This document shows, piece by piece, positions 28,248 to 39,069 of a DNA stretch of 64,000 bases (position 1 is the first letter of the stretch; every line of letters starts with the position of its first letter). The notes under the pieces are model-generated. The model saw nothing but the letters and a program-made list of their open reading frames with translations. It was not told where the DNA came from and ran no database searches. Source of the DNA: Candidatus Dojkabacteria bacterium (GTDB lineage Bacteria > Patescibacteriota > Dojkabacteria > B142 > OLB20); the NCBI GenBank assembly GCA_030583785.1, contig CP129475.1, forward strand, positions 543,559 to 607,558, in the 5' to 3' direction. The translations under genes were made by a program, and so were the position numbers.

Positions 28248-29729
28248 ATGATATATGAACCTAGACTAGATACTGCTCATAGGCAGGAGCTGAAAGGAAC
28301 AGGTAACAGGAAATTAGTATTATTGTTACTGGCTGGCACTTTGGTTGTGTCTGCAAGCGGATGCTTTCAAAACGCGGGTCAACCACTCGAGATAACACCT
28401 AGTAACCCAGTTGTTAGAACTTTTACACCTACCCCCACTCCAACAATGGAGGTATTAGCGACTGCAACTCTGCCGCCAACCGCAACTTTACCACCAACTG
28501 AAACAGTGGGAGCAGGTGACCCACCAGAAGACGACCCAGAAGATGACAATAATGACCCTCTACCAACAGCAGGCCCCGATGGAGTAATTCGTATCACAGC
28601 AACACCAAATCCAACAGAGGCTCAGACATTAACTCCAACAACAAGGCCTACTGAAACCGAAACTGCAACAGCACAACCTACTTTGGATAGCGATGCAGTT
28701 CTGTTTGATGCAGATGGAAAAACACTAAATTGGCAGCCGGCTGGATTTATACCAGCATTATCAAACCTTGAAGGTAACCAATATGGATTTCTTAACCCTG
28801 ATGGTACAACTACTATCAGAGAAGATGGGGCAATAATCCTCGAATATTTCTCTAGACTCTTTGCAGGAGAGAATATAAGCCAAAGTGCGATAGACATCTG
28901 GTCTCTGGCAGAGACAGATATTAGTAATATCCCAGCGGATTTCTTGGCAGATCAGCATAACAAGATTCGCGAATTAGTAGCTGAGCAGGTTGGATATTCT
29001 TCCAGAGTGGGAGAAAGCAGAATCGACGAAGATCAATTAGCTGCAACTATGAACTACCTGCACGAAGTTTTTGCCGCAATGGCTTCAACTGGATCGCTTC
29101 CCCAATCCGGAAACAATGCAACAGTCTTTTATGTGCCTGTTCAAGAACTTGTGACTTCATATAACGGCGACATGCTTGATTTATCTGAATATCAAATATT
29201 TCAGACAGGTAGGCAAGAACCACAGAATCCGGCAGAAGCGATGTCGGCTATTAACCAAATTGCAAGAAACCAAAACAGTCGCCAAATGCAAATTGGAGGA
29301 GCTGACGGGATAATAAGACGACTCTCGGCACCCTTCAGAAGATTCTTTACTAACAGTAACAGACCTACGAGTCTTTCTGCAGAAAACTACAACGGTCATG
29401 TATTTGTTGTTAGAATGACTGTTGGTGGAAATTCTTACCGCATTAGCCTTGGTGCAGACTCCATTGTGAATTTGTACACATCCAGCGAAGCAACCAGTAC
29501 ACCTTTTATGCTGGCGACGGGAACAGCAACAATGCCAGCGCCGACATCTACAGATAGCTGGAACGAAACAAGACCAACCGAAACACAACCAACAAGAGAG
29601 GCTACAGCAATTGTGCCACCAACTGACGAACCTCCACCACCAACTGATCTGCCTATTCCACCAACGGATGTTGTGCCACCGACTGACATGCCACCTCAGC
29701 CGACTTTAACAAGTGTACCGAATAATTAA
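28248..29729 (+). CDS. lipoprotein with Pro/Thr-rich repeat linkers (putative glycosylated surface protein)
   Basis: Signal plus lipobox-like SASGC. N-terminal TPTPTPT and TATLPPTATLPPTET repeats. C-terminal PPTDEPPPPTDLPIPPTDVVPPTDMPPQPT repeats. The globular middle part is of unknown function. Confidence 0.5.
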   Translation: MIYEPRLDTAHRQELKGTGNRKLVLLLLAGTLVVSASGCFQNAGQPLEITPSNPVVRTFTPTPTPTMEVLATATLPPTATLPPTETVGAGDPPEDDPEDDNNDPLPTAGPDGVIRITATPNPTEAQTLTPTTRPTETETATAQPTLDSDAVLFDADGKTLNWQPAGFIPALSNLEGNQYGFLNPDGTTTIREDGAIILEYFSRLFAGENISQSAIDIWSLAETDISNIPADFLADQHNKIRELVAEQVGYSSRVGESRIDEDQLAATMNYLHEVFAAMASTGSLPQSGNNATVFYVPVQELVTSYNGDMLDLSEYQIFQTGRQEPQNPAEAMSAINQIARNQNSRQMQIGGADGIIRRLSAPFRRFFTNSNRPTSLSAENYNGHVFVVRMTVGGNSYRISLGADSIVNLYTSSEATSTPFMLATGTATMPAPTSTDSWNETRPTETQPTREATAIVPPTDEPPPPTDLPIPPTDVVPPTDMPPQPTLTSVPNN

Positions 29730-29747
29730 TTTTTTATTTAAATTCGT

Positions 29748-32546
29748 ATGAAAATAAAAAAGACAGTAACAGCAATAGTTATAAGCTGTTTGCTTCTCTC
29801 TTTGTTTCCGATTCAAAAAACAGAAGCCACAGTCGGAGAATGCGTAATTGGGACTGTATGCGCATACAAAGATGTATATGATTTCCAAACCTCTACTTAT
29901 CACCCCGAAATTGCAAACGGCGTTGAACTAGAACAAAACATCTTCAGAATTGGAATCTGGAATACATCAGGAAGTCCAATCCACAATGTCAGGGTTCATG
30001 ATGTTCTTCCTTCTGGTCTAACTTATATACCCACAACCGTTGTCGTTGCTGGTTATACAGGGACATATAATGATCAGGATCTTTTTAACGGAACTGGAAT
30101 AAATTTTGGAACAGTTGCCAATTCCGGATCAATACAACTTAATTTTCTGGTAAGAGTCGACGACTTGCCTGAAGGCAATTACACTTTAACTAACAACGCA
30201 ACAATAACCTGGGACGGAGGATCAATTTCAGATACAGCTTCTGTGTATGTCGAAGCACAAGATCCACCTGTAAACGAAGGAATATTATTGGTGAACGAAA
30301 TTAACCATGCACCAAGAGCCGATTACAGTGCAGGATCTTCATATGCTTTAAAGAATCGAACTGCAGTAAACGCTGATGATCAATGGATTGAAGTCTTTAT
30401 ACGACAGAACGGTCTTGACCTTAGCGATTCACGCTGGGAAATGACAATTACCAACAACGGAGGCAGTACTGACACAAGAAACCTATTAACCATTGGATCA
30501 AGCTATGAATATTTCGGATCAGGATCTGTAACAAATACAGTTAATGGTGCCTATCTTCTTCTTGCTAATCCTTATCTAGAAATCTCAAACGATGCAATAA
30601 TCAGCATTAAATACAACGGAATCACAGTCGATGATATGACCGTTAGTGGTTCAAACACAGGTCTTTTAGATGAAACCATAGGAAGGAACGAAAGCAGCAC
30701 AGACACAAACAGTAACTCAGATTTCAGTAGGAATCACGGAACTCCAGGTAGAGCTAATGAACAAAGAAGCCAAGCACGCTATGAGGCAGAAATCTATATT
30801 GACTCCCAAGCTGGCAACGAAAGAGGTATCGATGTCATTGATGCTGGCGCCAGTAGAGGCATAGCCAAAAAGCTTGAACCGGCATTTGATCTAGCTGGAA
30901 ATATAATGAATGTATCTTCATCTGCCCAGAATGCAGCAGGATACTACAAAGCAATACTTAGACTGAAAGCAGAAAATGCCGATCTTAATAGTTCTGATCA
31001 TTTTGCAGAGTTTAACATCAACTACGATAACGGCACAGGTGGATACCATACAATTGGCTATGCTATCCGCGGTAGAGATATCGTATCTAATGGCGTATAC
31101 CAAAACTTTGAGATCGAATTCCGAAAAGGCCCGTCAACAACAAATTCAGTCTTTGAGCTTAGCTTTATACCATCAGCAGGTACAACAGTAATTGTCGACT
31201 ATATCGAAGTTGCTCCATTTTCTCCCAACAATTCTCTACCCCGAGTATACGAGGCCGAAAATATGCACTTCAAAACAGGCTATAGAGCCGACGATGCTGG
31301 TACAGCAGTTGCTTTTGGACCTAAATCTGAAGCTAATGCAGACTCCTTCATGAGCTTCGGTCCATTTACCGCAAGTCACATTACAGGAATCGGTTCAGGA
31401 CAATTCCTAGCAACATATAGAATGCGCTTTGCCAATATTACAGGATCAGCATCCGATTTGGCAGTCCGCATTGATGTTCATAACAAAGCAACAGGAATCT
31501 ATCGAGAGAGATTCTTAAGAGTGGCAGACTTATCTGGAAGTTATAAAGACTTCGAGATTTCATTCCCGGCAACCGGTCAAGGTTCAATCGAATTTCGAGT
31601 TATTAACCTTGGGGCAGCTGACATCTACTTTGACAAAGTAACAGTAACCTCAACAAGTTCTGCCAGCATCAGTTATGAGGCAGAGAGTGATTTCGAGTAT
31701 CCAATAGCTCCTGTTGCAACACTAATCAATGCAGGGGCTTCTGGAACACAGGAGGTAAAGGCAGATACAGCAATCAACGCTGAAGGATTCTTAATCAGAG
31801 GTCCTCATGCTTTTGACCAAACAGAAACCAGCAAATACTATGAAGCAAGTTTCAGATTAAGAACAGACTCACCTGCAAGTGGAAACAGCCTACCCGCCGC
31901 ATTACTGTTTATCAGAAACATTGATACAGGACAAATTCTTACAAGTCAGATAGTACATGCCAACACGCTGGTTGAAGATTACAGATCATTCAAGCTGGTC
32001 TTCAACTCTCCAATCGAGGGCAGACTATCTTATGAGGTCTACTTTTTGAGGACAACAAATGTGATTGCCGATAATGTGGTCGTAACAGAACTGCCAGGCA
32101 ATCCAAATCCAAGAGTAAGTCAGGCTGAACAGCTTAGAAGATGGAATAATAACGGCTCAATCGTTGAAGACAGCAAGGCTTCAAACAGCATCGGTCACAC
32201 AAGTGGCTATGCGGTGCAAGCTCTAAGCGGAATTAATAACAATCAAGTTGTCTTGTTTAGTGATTCCCAAGAAGTATTCCCTTCGGGAAACTATGAAGCC
32301 AAATTCCATGTTCGCGGAACTCTCTCCGGAGGATCATCACAAGATATTGCCTATCTTGAGGTATGGAACGAGTTCGGACACCTTAACTATTACCCTCTAA
32401 AGGAATCAGAATTAGACACCGAATATGGTGTATTCACAGTTCCTTTCACAAAAGTCTCTAACGGAAGAATCTACTTTAAAGTGTTCTACCGCGGAGGTCT
32501 TTCTAACAGCATGTTAATCGATAAAATCGAAGTGAACATGTTATAA
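29748..32546 (+). CDS. large secreted surface protein: signal peptide, DUF11-type conserved repeat domain, lamin-tail (LTD)-like domain, four ~140-aa internal repeats
   Basis: Signal MKIKKTVTAIVISCLLLSLFPIQKTEA. DUF11-like segment (NVRVHDVLPSGLTYIP...YTLTNNATITWDGG). LTD-like segment (ILLVNEINHAPRAD...DQWIEVF). Repeat units open with RYEAEIYID / VYEAENMHF / SYEAESDFE / SQAEQLRRW. Confidence 0.55.
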   Translation: MKIKKTVTAIVISCLLLSLFPIQKTEATVGECVIGTVCAYKDVYDFQTSTYHPEIANGVELEQNIFRIGIWNTSGSPIHNVRVHDVLPSGLTYIPTTVVVAGYTGTYNDQDLFNGTGINFGTVANSGSIQLNFLVRVDDLPEGNYTLTNNATITWDGGSISDTASVYVEAQDPPVNEGILLVNEINHAPRADYSAGSSYALKNRTAVNADDQWIEVFIRQNGLDLSDSRWEMTITNNGGSTDTRNLLTIGSSYEYFGSGSVTNTVNGAYLLLANPYLEISNDAIISIKYNGITVDDMTVSGSNTGLLDETIGRNESSTDTNSNSDFSRNHGTPGRANEQRSQARYEAEIYIDSQAGNERGIDVIDAGASRGIAKKLEPAFDLAGNIMNVSSSAQNAAGYYKAILRLKAENADLNSSDHFAEFNINYDNGTGGYHTIGYAIRGRDIVSNGVYQNFEIEFRKGPSTTNSVFELSFIPSAGTTVIVDYIEVAPFSPNNSLPRVYEAENMHFKTGYRADDAGTAVAFGPKSEANADSFMSFGPFTASHITGIGSGQFLATYRMRFANITGSASDLAVRIDVHNKATGIYRERFLRVADLSGSYKDFEISFPATGQGSIEFRVINLGAADIYFDKVTVTSTSSASISYEAESDFEYPIAPVATLINAGASGTQEVKADTAINAEGFLIRGPHAFDQTETSKYYEASFRLRTDSPASGNSLPAALLFIRNIDTGQILTSQIVHANTLVEDYRSFKLVFNSPIEGRLSYEVYFLRTTNVIADNVVVTELPGNPNPRVSQAEQLRRWNNNGSIVEDSKASNSIGHTSGYAVQALSGINNNQVVLFSDSQEVFPSGNYEAKFHVRGTLSGGSSQDIAYLEVWNEFGHLNYYPLKESELDTEYGVFTVPFTKVSNGRIYFKVFYRGGLSNSMLIDKIEVNML

Positions 32547-32594
32547 TTATAGGATATTATCCCCTCTATCGCTCTGCGGTAGAGGGGTCCTATA

Positions 32595-35500
32595 ATGCAA
32601 TCGAATCTGATTAGATCAATAAAATCTTCAGTTTTTAGCTCAACTGCCGTTTTAGCAGTAATCTTTTTGGGCGTCCTTTCTTTTGTATTTGTTAAGGAAT
32701 GGATTAATTCTTTGCCACAATTTGGCGGAGACTGGCACTATGTATTCCAAGAACATATACAAGAAGAAAACCGATTTCCTCAACTCTGGGAACATTCAGA
32801 GAATCTAGGTTCAAGCCAAGCAGGTAGAATTGCTTTAGGATTACTCGATCTTATCCAAGCTCGAATAGCCGATGCTACTGGAGCAGACTTTGCACAAACA
32901 GAAGTTATTATCTGGTTTCTGCCTTTTGTGATGTCTTCCTTTCTTGGAATCTTTTTACTCTCAAAGAAGCTTTTTAAGAACAACAAAGCCGCACTTATTG
33001 CCGGATTTGTTTATACATTAAATACATACAGTATTGTCTTGTTTGCCGAAGCGGGACATATTAATATTCTCGTGGCTTACGGCTTTGTACCTCTTGCGAT
33101 CAATAGTTTTATTTCACTAATCGGTAAGCCAAATTTCTGGAATGCATTTTTGTTCACATTGCTGCAAAGTGTCGTATTTATATTTGATATCCGCATCGGT
33201 TTTATTGGACTGATCCCGCTAGTTATCCTCTTGTTCAGTAAATTCTTCTTTATAAGGAAATCATTAAGCACAAAGTTACTATTGTCTCTTTTTTTTGGCG
33301 GCTTTTTATTTATTATAATTAACCTATTCTGGCTGATACCAATAATTACAACTCCGCAGGAGCAAATACTTGCTAGTGGTCAAGCCGATAGCGTCTGGGT
33401 AGAGAGATTAAGCTATCAAGAATTATCTCATGCACTTACACTAAGTCACCCATTTTTCAGTCAAGAGGGAATCTCTTACTTTTCTGCAAATCCCGTTAGT
33501 CCTTTTGCAATTATTTTGTCTGTTTTTATAATCTTTGGTGTTATCAAGGCAGTTAAAAAAGATAAAAAAACTGTCTTTGTCTTACTTGGTATTCTGCTTA
33601 TCGGATCATTTTTTGTGAAAGGAGCAAATGAGCCTTTTGGAAGCGTCTATATTTGGATGTTTGAAAACATCCCGGGTTTTACGATGTTTAGGGAGCCGCA
33701 AAAATTTTATGTCCTTTCTGCCCTGCCATACTCATTACTATTAGGTTACGGTGTTGTCCGCTTTGCCTCTTTTCTTTCTGAGCTTAATCTACGCAAGCAA
33801 AAACAATTAAAACTGATCTCGTATTCACTGTTCCTACTGATATACTTTATGATTCTCTTGCCGGTGTTTTCCGGAAAGATCGAAGGGAACCTAAAAGCCC
33901 GAGAGCTGCCTGAGTATTCACACAGAATTGAAGAAATAATTGCGAATAATAAAGATTTTTACCGTGTACTCTGGATTCCTCAAGTAACAAGCTCCGCTTT
34001 CCGCAGCGATAGTAATCCCAGATTAGATTTTAATGTGGCTATTAGCGAACTTGTGGGATCAGATAATTATAACTCTGCATCTATTTATGAATATGTAACC
34101 AGCAACCAGTTTCAATATATTCTAAGCTCTATGTCTGTTAAGTATATTGTTTTTGCCAACGATCCCGAAGTAAACCGCTGGTATTCATCAGGTGTTAAAG
34201 AAGCTGAGAATTATCTTATCAACAGCGGGGATTACACTGTAGTTCAGGACGAAACTTATACTATTTTAGAAAACAAAAGATTCGACAGTCTTTTTACAAG
34301 GCTTAATAGACCGTTAATCACAAATTCTGAAATTGCCGATCTTAATCTGCCCGAAAATACATTTAATGTCGGTAGAAGTTATATTTTCCCTGAAGGCACA
34401 GACTTAACAGGCGACATCTATGGTAAAACAGATAAAAGACTTTACCTTACTGTTAATAACAGTATCGTAAGCGTTGACGAAGGTAGTATCTCTACACTTG
34501 TCAAACTTGAAGAAAACGACATATTCAATATAAACAATACCGCTTCTCCTTATGTCAAAGTTAATTTTCAAAGACAATCCGATGGTAGTTATATAATTCA
34601 TGCAGTCGGAAACAAAGAGAATATTCTTATCGGAGATCAGGAGATCGATCTAAATAATGTTCAATTTAAAAGTACTACTCGCACATATATTGATCCAAAT
34701 CTAGAATATTTTGTTCGTGGTGAAGCTGGAGGTATTTCGTTTATGCCAGAAGAAATCGTAGCAGGCACAACTAAAGGCTTTGTTAAGATTAATACTAATC
34801 AGCCTGTGCTAGAGGTTTTTGCAGAAAATTCTCAACAATATGTTGCAGAAAGTTTTAGGGAGGACTCTGTTTTGGAAATTGGTGACTGTAACAACTATGA
34901 CAACACAAGTCTTGAAGACAATCAAATACTGTATAGATTATCAAACGACAGTCCAGATGGTTCAAAGTCGTTTCTGTTATCAGCGAATAACCACATAGCT
35001 TGTTTTAATAAGTCTTTCTTTCCAAGTCCTGAAGATCAAATTGCTCTACTCAGTTTAAATTACAAACAGATAAGCGGTTCGTTGCCCGAAATCTGCATTT
35101 TCGATCATGAAAAAGATAGCTGTGTGTATAGAACAGAGCTGGCTCAAGCTTCTGCGGTTGAATGGAAACGACTGGAACTACCATTTCTTCTAGATAAAGA
35201 AACTACAAGATACAGTGTTTATCTGTATACAAATGCTCTGGAATCTCCAAGCAGAAACCTATACGATAATCTGTCCGTAAAGGGATTTAGAAGTATAGAT
35301 CGGCTTTCATTAGATAAGATTCCTGCCAACCAACCAGCAGATAGTATTTTTGTGGCCGGTCGCGAACAGACAATTAAGTATAACTCTGAACTGGTGCAAA
35401 GAATTCCGATTTATAATTCATCTTTTGATATGCCCATAGATCATCGTCTGTTTGTTAAGGACTGTAATAACAAAGACAAAAGTGAACTGGAAGCTAATGG

Positions 35501-36314
35501 AATAAATGCCTGGCTAGATAATGAATCTGTAGACGGTCGCTATAGCTTAGCTCTAGAGGGTAATAGGCATAGCGCCTGCTATTCTGTGCCAATAGGACTC
35601 TTAAACAAGGTTGTGCAGAATCATTTCACTTTTAGCTACAAAAGTAATAACAATAGCTATGTGAAGTATTGTCTTCTTAATACAAATACCGGGCAGTGCG
35701 ACTTGCAAGAAGTTCTCAAGCCATCATCAAAATGGACAGAATACAGCTTTATATTTCGTGCCCGCTCAGAGGCAAATTATGAGCTTTATATTTCTACATT
35801 TGCAGAACAAGGTGACGATCATTACTACTTGGCAAAAATTGACAATCTTAGAGTCTATTCAATACCAGTGGATTATAACCATAAGCTCTATTTGTCTGCA
35901 GAAATTGCAGGCAATATTGAAAACTCCCCTATTAATTATCAGCGTCTAGGGCATGCAAGCTATTTATTAGATGTTAAGGAATACAAAGGTCAGGATTTGC
36001 TTCTAAAGTTTTCGCAACAAAAGAACCAAGGCTGGATAGTTTATAAAACCAACGATGCTAGTCTTGAAACGGGATTCTTTTCTCGACTGGGCAGACTGCT
36101 GGGAAATGTCGTAACTTATGATGTGCAAAATTTCAAAGTTGATGGCTTTGCAAATGCTTGGTTGCTTGAAGAGATTGATTCAGATTACATTCTGATTGAA
36201 TATCGACCACAAACTCAAGCAGATTTGTATTTACTTGTATCGCTTAGCTCAATGGTATTGATATTACCATCAATTGTATTGATGAGGGTTGTTAAGAGAG
36301 TTGGGAAAAGATAG
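32595..36314 (+). CDS. very large membrane protein: N-terminal polytopic GT-C-like domain plus ~800-aa extracytoplasmic domain and C-terminal TM anchor
   Basis: About 13 TM helices in the first ~430 aa (see the paralog at 26218). A long soluble region has scattered Cys. The final hydrophobic helix (LYLLVSLSSMVLILPSIVLM) is followed by the basic tail RVVKRVGKR. Confidence 0.4.
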   Translation: MQSNLIRSIKSSVFSSTAVLAVIFLGVLSFVFVKEWINSLPQFGGDWHYVFQEHIQEENRFPQLWEHSENLGSSQAGRIALGLLDLIQARIADATGADFAQTEVIIWFLPFVMSSFLGIFLLSKKLFKNNKAALIAGFVYTLNTYSIVLFAEAGHINILVAYGFVPLAINSFISLIGKPNFWNAFLFTLLQSVVFIFDIRIGFIGLIPLVILLFSKFFFIRKSLSTKLLLSLFFGGFLFIIINLFWLIPIITTPQEQILASGQADSVWVERLSYQELSHALTLSHPFFSQEGISYFSANPVSPFAIILSVFIIFGVIKAVKKDKKTVFVLLGILLIGSFFVKGANEPFGSVYIWMFENIPGFTMFREPQKFYVLSALPYSLLLGYGVVRFASFLSELNLRKQKQLKLISYSLFLLIYFMILLPVFSGKIEGNLKARELPEYSHRIEEIIANNKDFYRVLWIPQVTSSAFRSDSNPRLDFNVAISELVGSDNYNSASIYEYVTSNQFQYILSSMSVKYIVFANDPEVNRWYSSGVKEAENYLINSGDYTVVQDETYTILENKRFDSLFTRLNRPLITNSEIADLNLPENTFNVGRSYIFPEGTDLTGDIYGKTDKRLYLTVNNSIVSVDEGSISTLVKLEENDIFNINNTASPYVKVNFQRQSDGSYIIHAVGNKENILIGDQEIDLNNVQFKSTTRTYIDPNLEYFVRGEAGGISFMPEEIVAGTTKGFVKINTNQPVLEVFAENSQQYVAESFREDSVLEIGDCNNYDNTSLEDNQILYRLSNDSPDGSKSFLLSANNHIACFNKSFFPSPEDQIALLSLNYKQISGSLPEICIFDHEKDSCVYRTELAQASAVEWKRLELPFLLDKETTRYSVYLYTNALESPSRNLYDNLSVKGFRSIDRLSLDKIPANQPADSIFVAGREQTIKYNSELVQRIPIYNSSFDMPIDHRLFVKDCNNKDKSELEANGINAWLDNESVDGRYSLALEGNRHSACYSVPIGLLNKVVQNHFTFSYKSNNNSYVKYCLLNTNTGQCDLQEVLKPSSKWTEYSFIFRARSEANYELYISTFAEQGDDHYYLAKIDNLRVYSIPVDYNHKLYLSAEIAGNIENSPINYQRLGHASYLLDVKEYKGQDLLLKFSQQKNQGWIVYKTNDASLETGFFSRLGRLLGNVVTYDVQNFKVDGFANAWLLEEIDSDYILIEYRPQTQADLYLLVSLSSMVLILPSIVLMRVVKRVGKR

Positions 36315-36317
36315 ACA

Positions 36318-37163
36318 TTAGCGAAAAGTCTGATCTGAGTTTTCTGAAGCGATTTTACCGAAGACATAACCAAATGCAGCACTTGTGTAACGAACTATTT
36401 GGTAGATAATAAACCCGATCGATAAAATCGGATGCTTGATGAAACGAGGTAAGTTACGAACATATGCCGGTTTTATTGGGACTTTTTGCCAAAAGGTTAG
36501 CTTTCTTGGTGTGCCAGCACTACTTTTATTTGCCAAAGTAGACCCGTAAAAGAAGTGTTTCTTGGCAATATCGGCAAGTCTTTTTGGCTCTCCTAAATGC
36601 GTTTCTTCGCTGTTAATAAACGACATTTTAAAACCAGCTTCTTGCAGCCTATTGAAGATATCATAATCTTCTCCTGCGACCATATTCTCGTTAAAGCCGT
36701 TAACGCTCATGAATGCCTTTCTTGTTAGAAATCTAGGGGAAATGCCTGAATGCGCAAATTTGAGCATGTCTCGCTCAAATTTGCGCACCTTGGCCCAAAA
36801 ACTTACGCTACCATCTGAAGTATTATGTACTGCGACCATGTCAAAGCCCTGCTTAATCTGTTCAATCGCTTCTTCAACAATGCGTTCATCGAGAACAAAG
36901 TCATCGTCTACAAAATAAAGGCAATCACCAAAACTGTGTTTGGCTCCATAATTTTTTTGTTTAGATCTGCCCCTATCACATTTTAAAAACTTCGCCTCAA
37001 AACTTTTTACAATAGATTGGGTGCCGTCAGTTGAGCCACCATCAACTATTATGATCTCATCTACTTTCTGAGTCTGTTTAGAGATAGACTGCAAAGTATC
37101 GGCAAGATATCTTTCGGAATTCAAAGTTGGAATAACGATGCTTACTGTTAACTTCTTATCCAT
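36318..37163 (-). CDS. family 2 glycosyltransferase
   Basis: VSIVIPTLNSERYL...IIVDGGSTDGT...YFVDDDF, the GT-A DxD pattern. Confidence 0.7.
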   Translation of the reverse strand: MDKKLTVSIVIPTLNSERYLADTLQSISKQTQKVDEIIIVDGGSTDGTQSIVKSFEAKFLKCDRGRSKQKNYGAKHSFGDCLYFVDDDFVLDERIVEEAIEQIKQGFDMVAVHNTSDGSVSFWAKVRKFERDMLKFAHSGISPRFLTRKAFMSVNGFNENMVAGEDYDIFNRLQEAGFKMSFINSEETHLGEPKRLADIAKKHFFYGSTLANKSSAGTPRKLTFWQKVPIKPAYVRNLPRFIKHPILSIGFIIYQIVRYTSAAFGYVFGKIASENSDQTFR

Positions 37164-38257
37164 TTCTGCAACTGCTTATTAACGAATTTATAGCTATTAT
37201 CCCAGGTCAGCTTATTTGCAAATAATTTTGCGGAACTGCTCATGTTATCTCTTAATTTAAGATCTTCAAATATCCTGCTTATTGCTAGAGCTAGCTTTTC
37301 TGGACTTTCATCTATTGTATGTAAACCTGTTTGGTAGTGAATAACAGCATCAACACTACCTGCGACCGGATAGACAACGGCCGGAACACCAAGTGCTGCA
37401 GATTCTAATACGGCTAATCCCCAACCCTCTTTTATTGAGGTACTTAGTGTAACCCAACTCTCTGCAACAATAATGTGTTTCTCTTGCTCACTTAAGTAAC
37501 CGAGAAATTGAACATTGTCTTTAAGATGATTTTTATTCACGAATTTCTGGATTCTATGGAAGTATTTCCCTTCTGTCTTTCCAAGTACTCGATATTTAAT
37601 AAATGGATATTTCTTTCTTAGAATTGATATTGCCCTAAGCTGATCTTCTACCCGTTTCAGTGGTCTTAATCCTCCAAAGTAAACAATGCTGGGATATTTT
37701 GTTTTTTGCAAATTAGAAGGGATTATCGGCTGATCTGTTCCTTCGGGAACAATTGCGATATTTTTTTCAGAAATTCCTAGCTTAATTAACTCTTCAGCAG
37801 TAGATTTACTCACTGTCAAGATTCGTTCGTTTCTGTATATGAATCTAAGTACCAATTGCTCCATAACTAATCCAATTATCGATAGCGGAAATGGCAACAT
37901 GTAAAGCCAAATCTTGCCTGCGACTTCATGAATAAGCGTCACCCTCTTTGCTTTGTCAACATAAAGTGGCGTAAAAAACTGAAGAGCATGTATCTCATCC
38001 ACTACAATATCTATGCTTGATTTGTTTTTCAAATAGTAACGCAGTGCATGCCAGATAACCGACAATCTATTGCCCTTTCTAATATAGTTGATCCCGTCTT
38101 CTATACTTGCTTCTCGAAACTCCTTTGGTTTCGACGAAATCCAGGTTACAACATGACCTGCCTTCACAAAACGACTCATGATTTCACCGCTAAACCTCTC
38201 TGCGCCACCGGCCCTCACATTATATGGATCGTATCTGTTGAGAATAAGTATGTGCAT
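37148..38257 (-). CDS. family 1/4 (GT-B) glycosyltransferase
   Basis: C-terminal EGWGLAVLESAALGVPAVV matches the GT4 E(x7)E motif region. N-terminal MHILILN...AGGAERF start. Confidence 0.7.
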   Translation of the reverse strand: MHILILNRYDPYNVRAGGAERFSGEIMSRFVKAGHVVTWISSKPKEFREASIEDGINYIRKGNRLSVIWHALRYYLKNKSSIDIVVDEIHALQFFTPLYVDKAKRVTLIHEVAGKIWLYMLPFPLSIIGLVMEQLVLRFIYRNERILTVSKSTAEELIKLGISEKNIAIVPEGTDQPIIPSNLQKTKYPSIVYFGGLRPLKRVEDQLRAISILRKKYPFIKYRVLGKTEGKYFHRIQKFVNKNHLKDNVQFLGYLSEQEKHIIVAESWVTLSTSIKEGWGLAVLESAALGVPAVVYPVAGSVDAVIHYQTGLHTIDESPEKLALAISRIFEDLKLRDNMSSSAKLFANKLTWDNSYKFVNKQLQKWIRS

Positions 38258-39069
38258 TAGTTTATCAACCTAAGGGAAGCAACCTCGCGTTTAATAGAAT
38301 CTTTGAAGTAAATCTGTGATTTTCCGTAATAGTCAAGAATCCTGAGCCTATAAAAGACTGCAGTCGTATCCCAGAATGAACGGAGTCCTTCAAAAAAAGT
38401 AATGGTGCTGTTCTTTTTGTCCTCTTGAAGCAAAATTGGAACTTCTGCAATAGAAGTAAATCCAAGTTTGCTCGCAACTGCAAGAAATTCAATTTCAAAG
38501 GCAAATCTCTTCACGAGAAGTCTGGGTAATACCGCAGCAACCACTTCTTTCGTATAGAATTTGATCCCCACTTGAGTATCAGACACTTTGACTCCTGTAA
38601 GGAGTCCTGCATATTTATTGTAAAATCTGCTAAATAATTTTCTAGAAGGCGAATACGAAACCTCTGATTGCTTGTGCCATTTAGAAGGCACAACTAAATC
38701 GAACTGACCACTTCTAATCGTATTTATAATTGTCGTCAGATTACCGGGCAGAATATCTGCTCCAGCATCAACATAGCCTATGTAGTCTCCTTTAGCCCTC
38801 ATCATACCGAAACGCACCGCAAATCCTTTTCCTCTATTTTGTTCATAATGATAAATTCGCACTATGTCTTCTGGAAAAGAAGATAAAGCTTTAACAGTTG
38901 CCGGGGCATATCCATCTACTACAACAATTATTTCGTAACTTATGTTCAGGCTGTTTAATTCAGCTACTCTGCTGTTAATCGTGTCCAGAATAAAAGAATC
39001 TGCCTTGTAAGCAGGGATAACAATCGAAAATAATGGCCTATTTTGTATATTGGTCTGCTTTTTGTTCAC
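38257..39069 (-). CDS. family 2 glycosyltransferase (polyprenyl-phosphate sugar transferase-like)
   Basis: FSIVIPAYKA...IIVVVDGYAP...GKGFAVRFGMMRAKGDYIGYVDAGADI. Confidence 0.7.
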   Translation of the reverse strand: MNKKQTNIQNRPLFSIVIPAYKADSFILDTINSRVAELNSLNISYEIIVVVDGYAPATVKALSSFPEDIVRIYHYEQNRGKGFAVRFGMMRAKGDYIGYVDAGADILPGNLTTIINTIRSGQFDLVVPSKWHKQSEVSYSPSRKLFSRFYNKYAGLLTGVKVSDTQVGIKFYTKEVVAAVLPRLLVKRFAFEIEFLAVASKLGFTSIAEVPILLQEDKKNSTITFFEGLRSFWDTTAVFYRLRILDYYGKSQIYFKDSIKREVASLRLIN

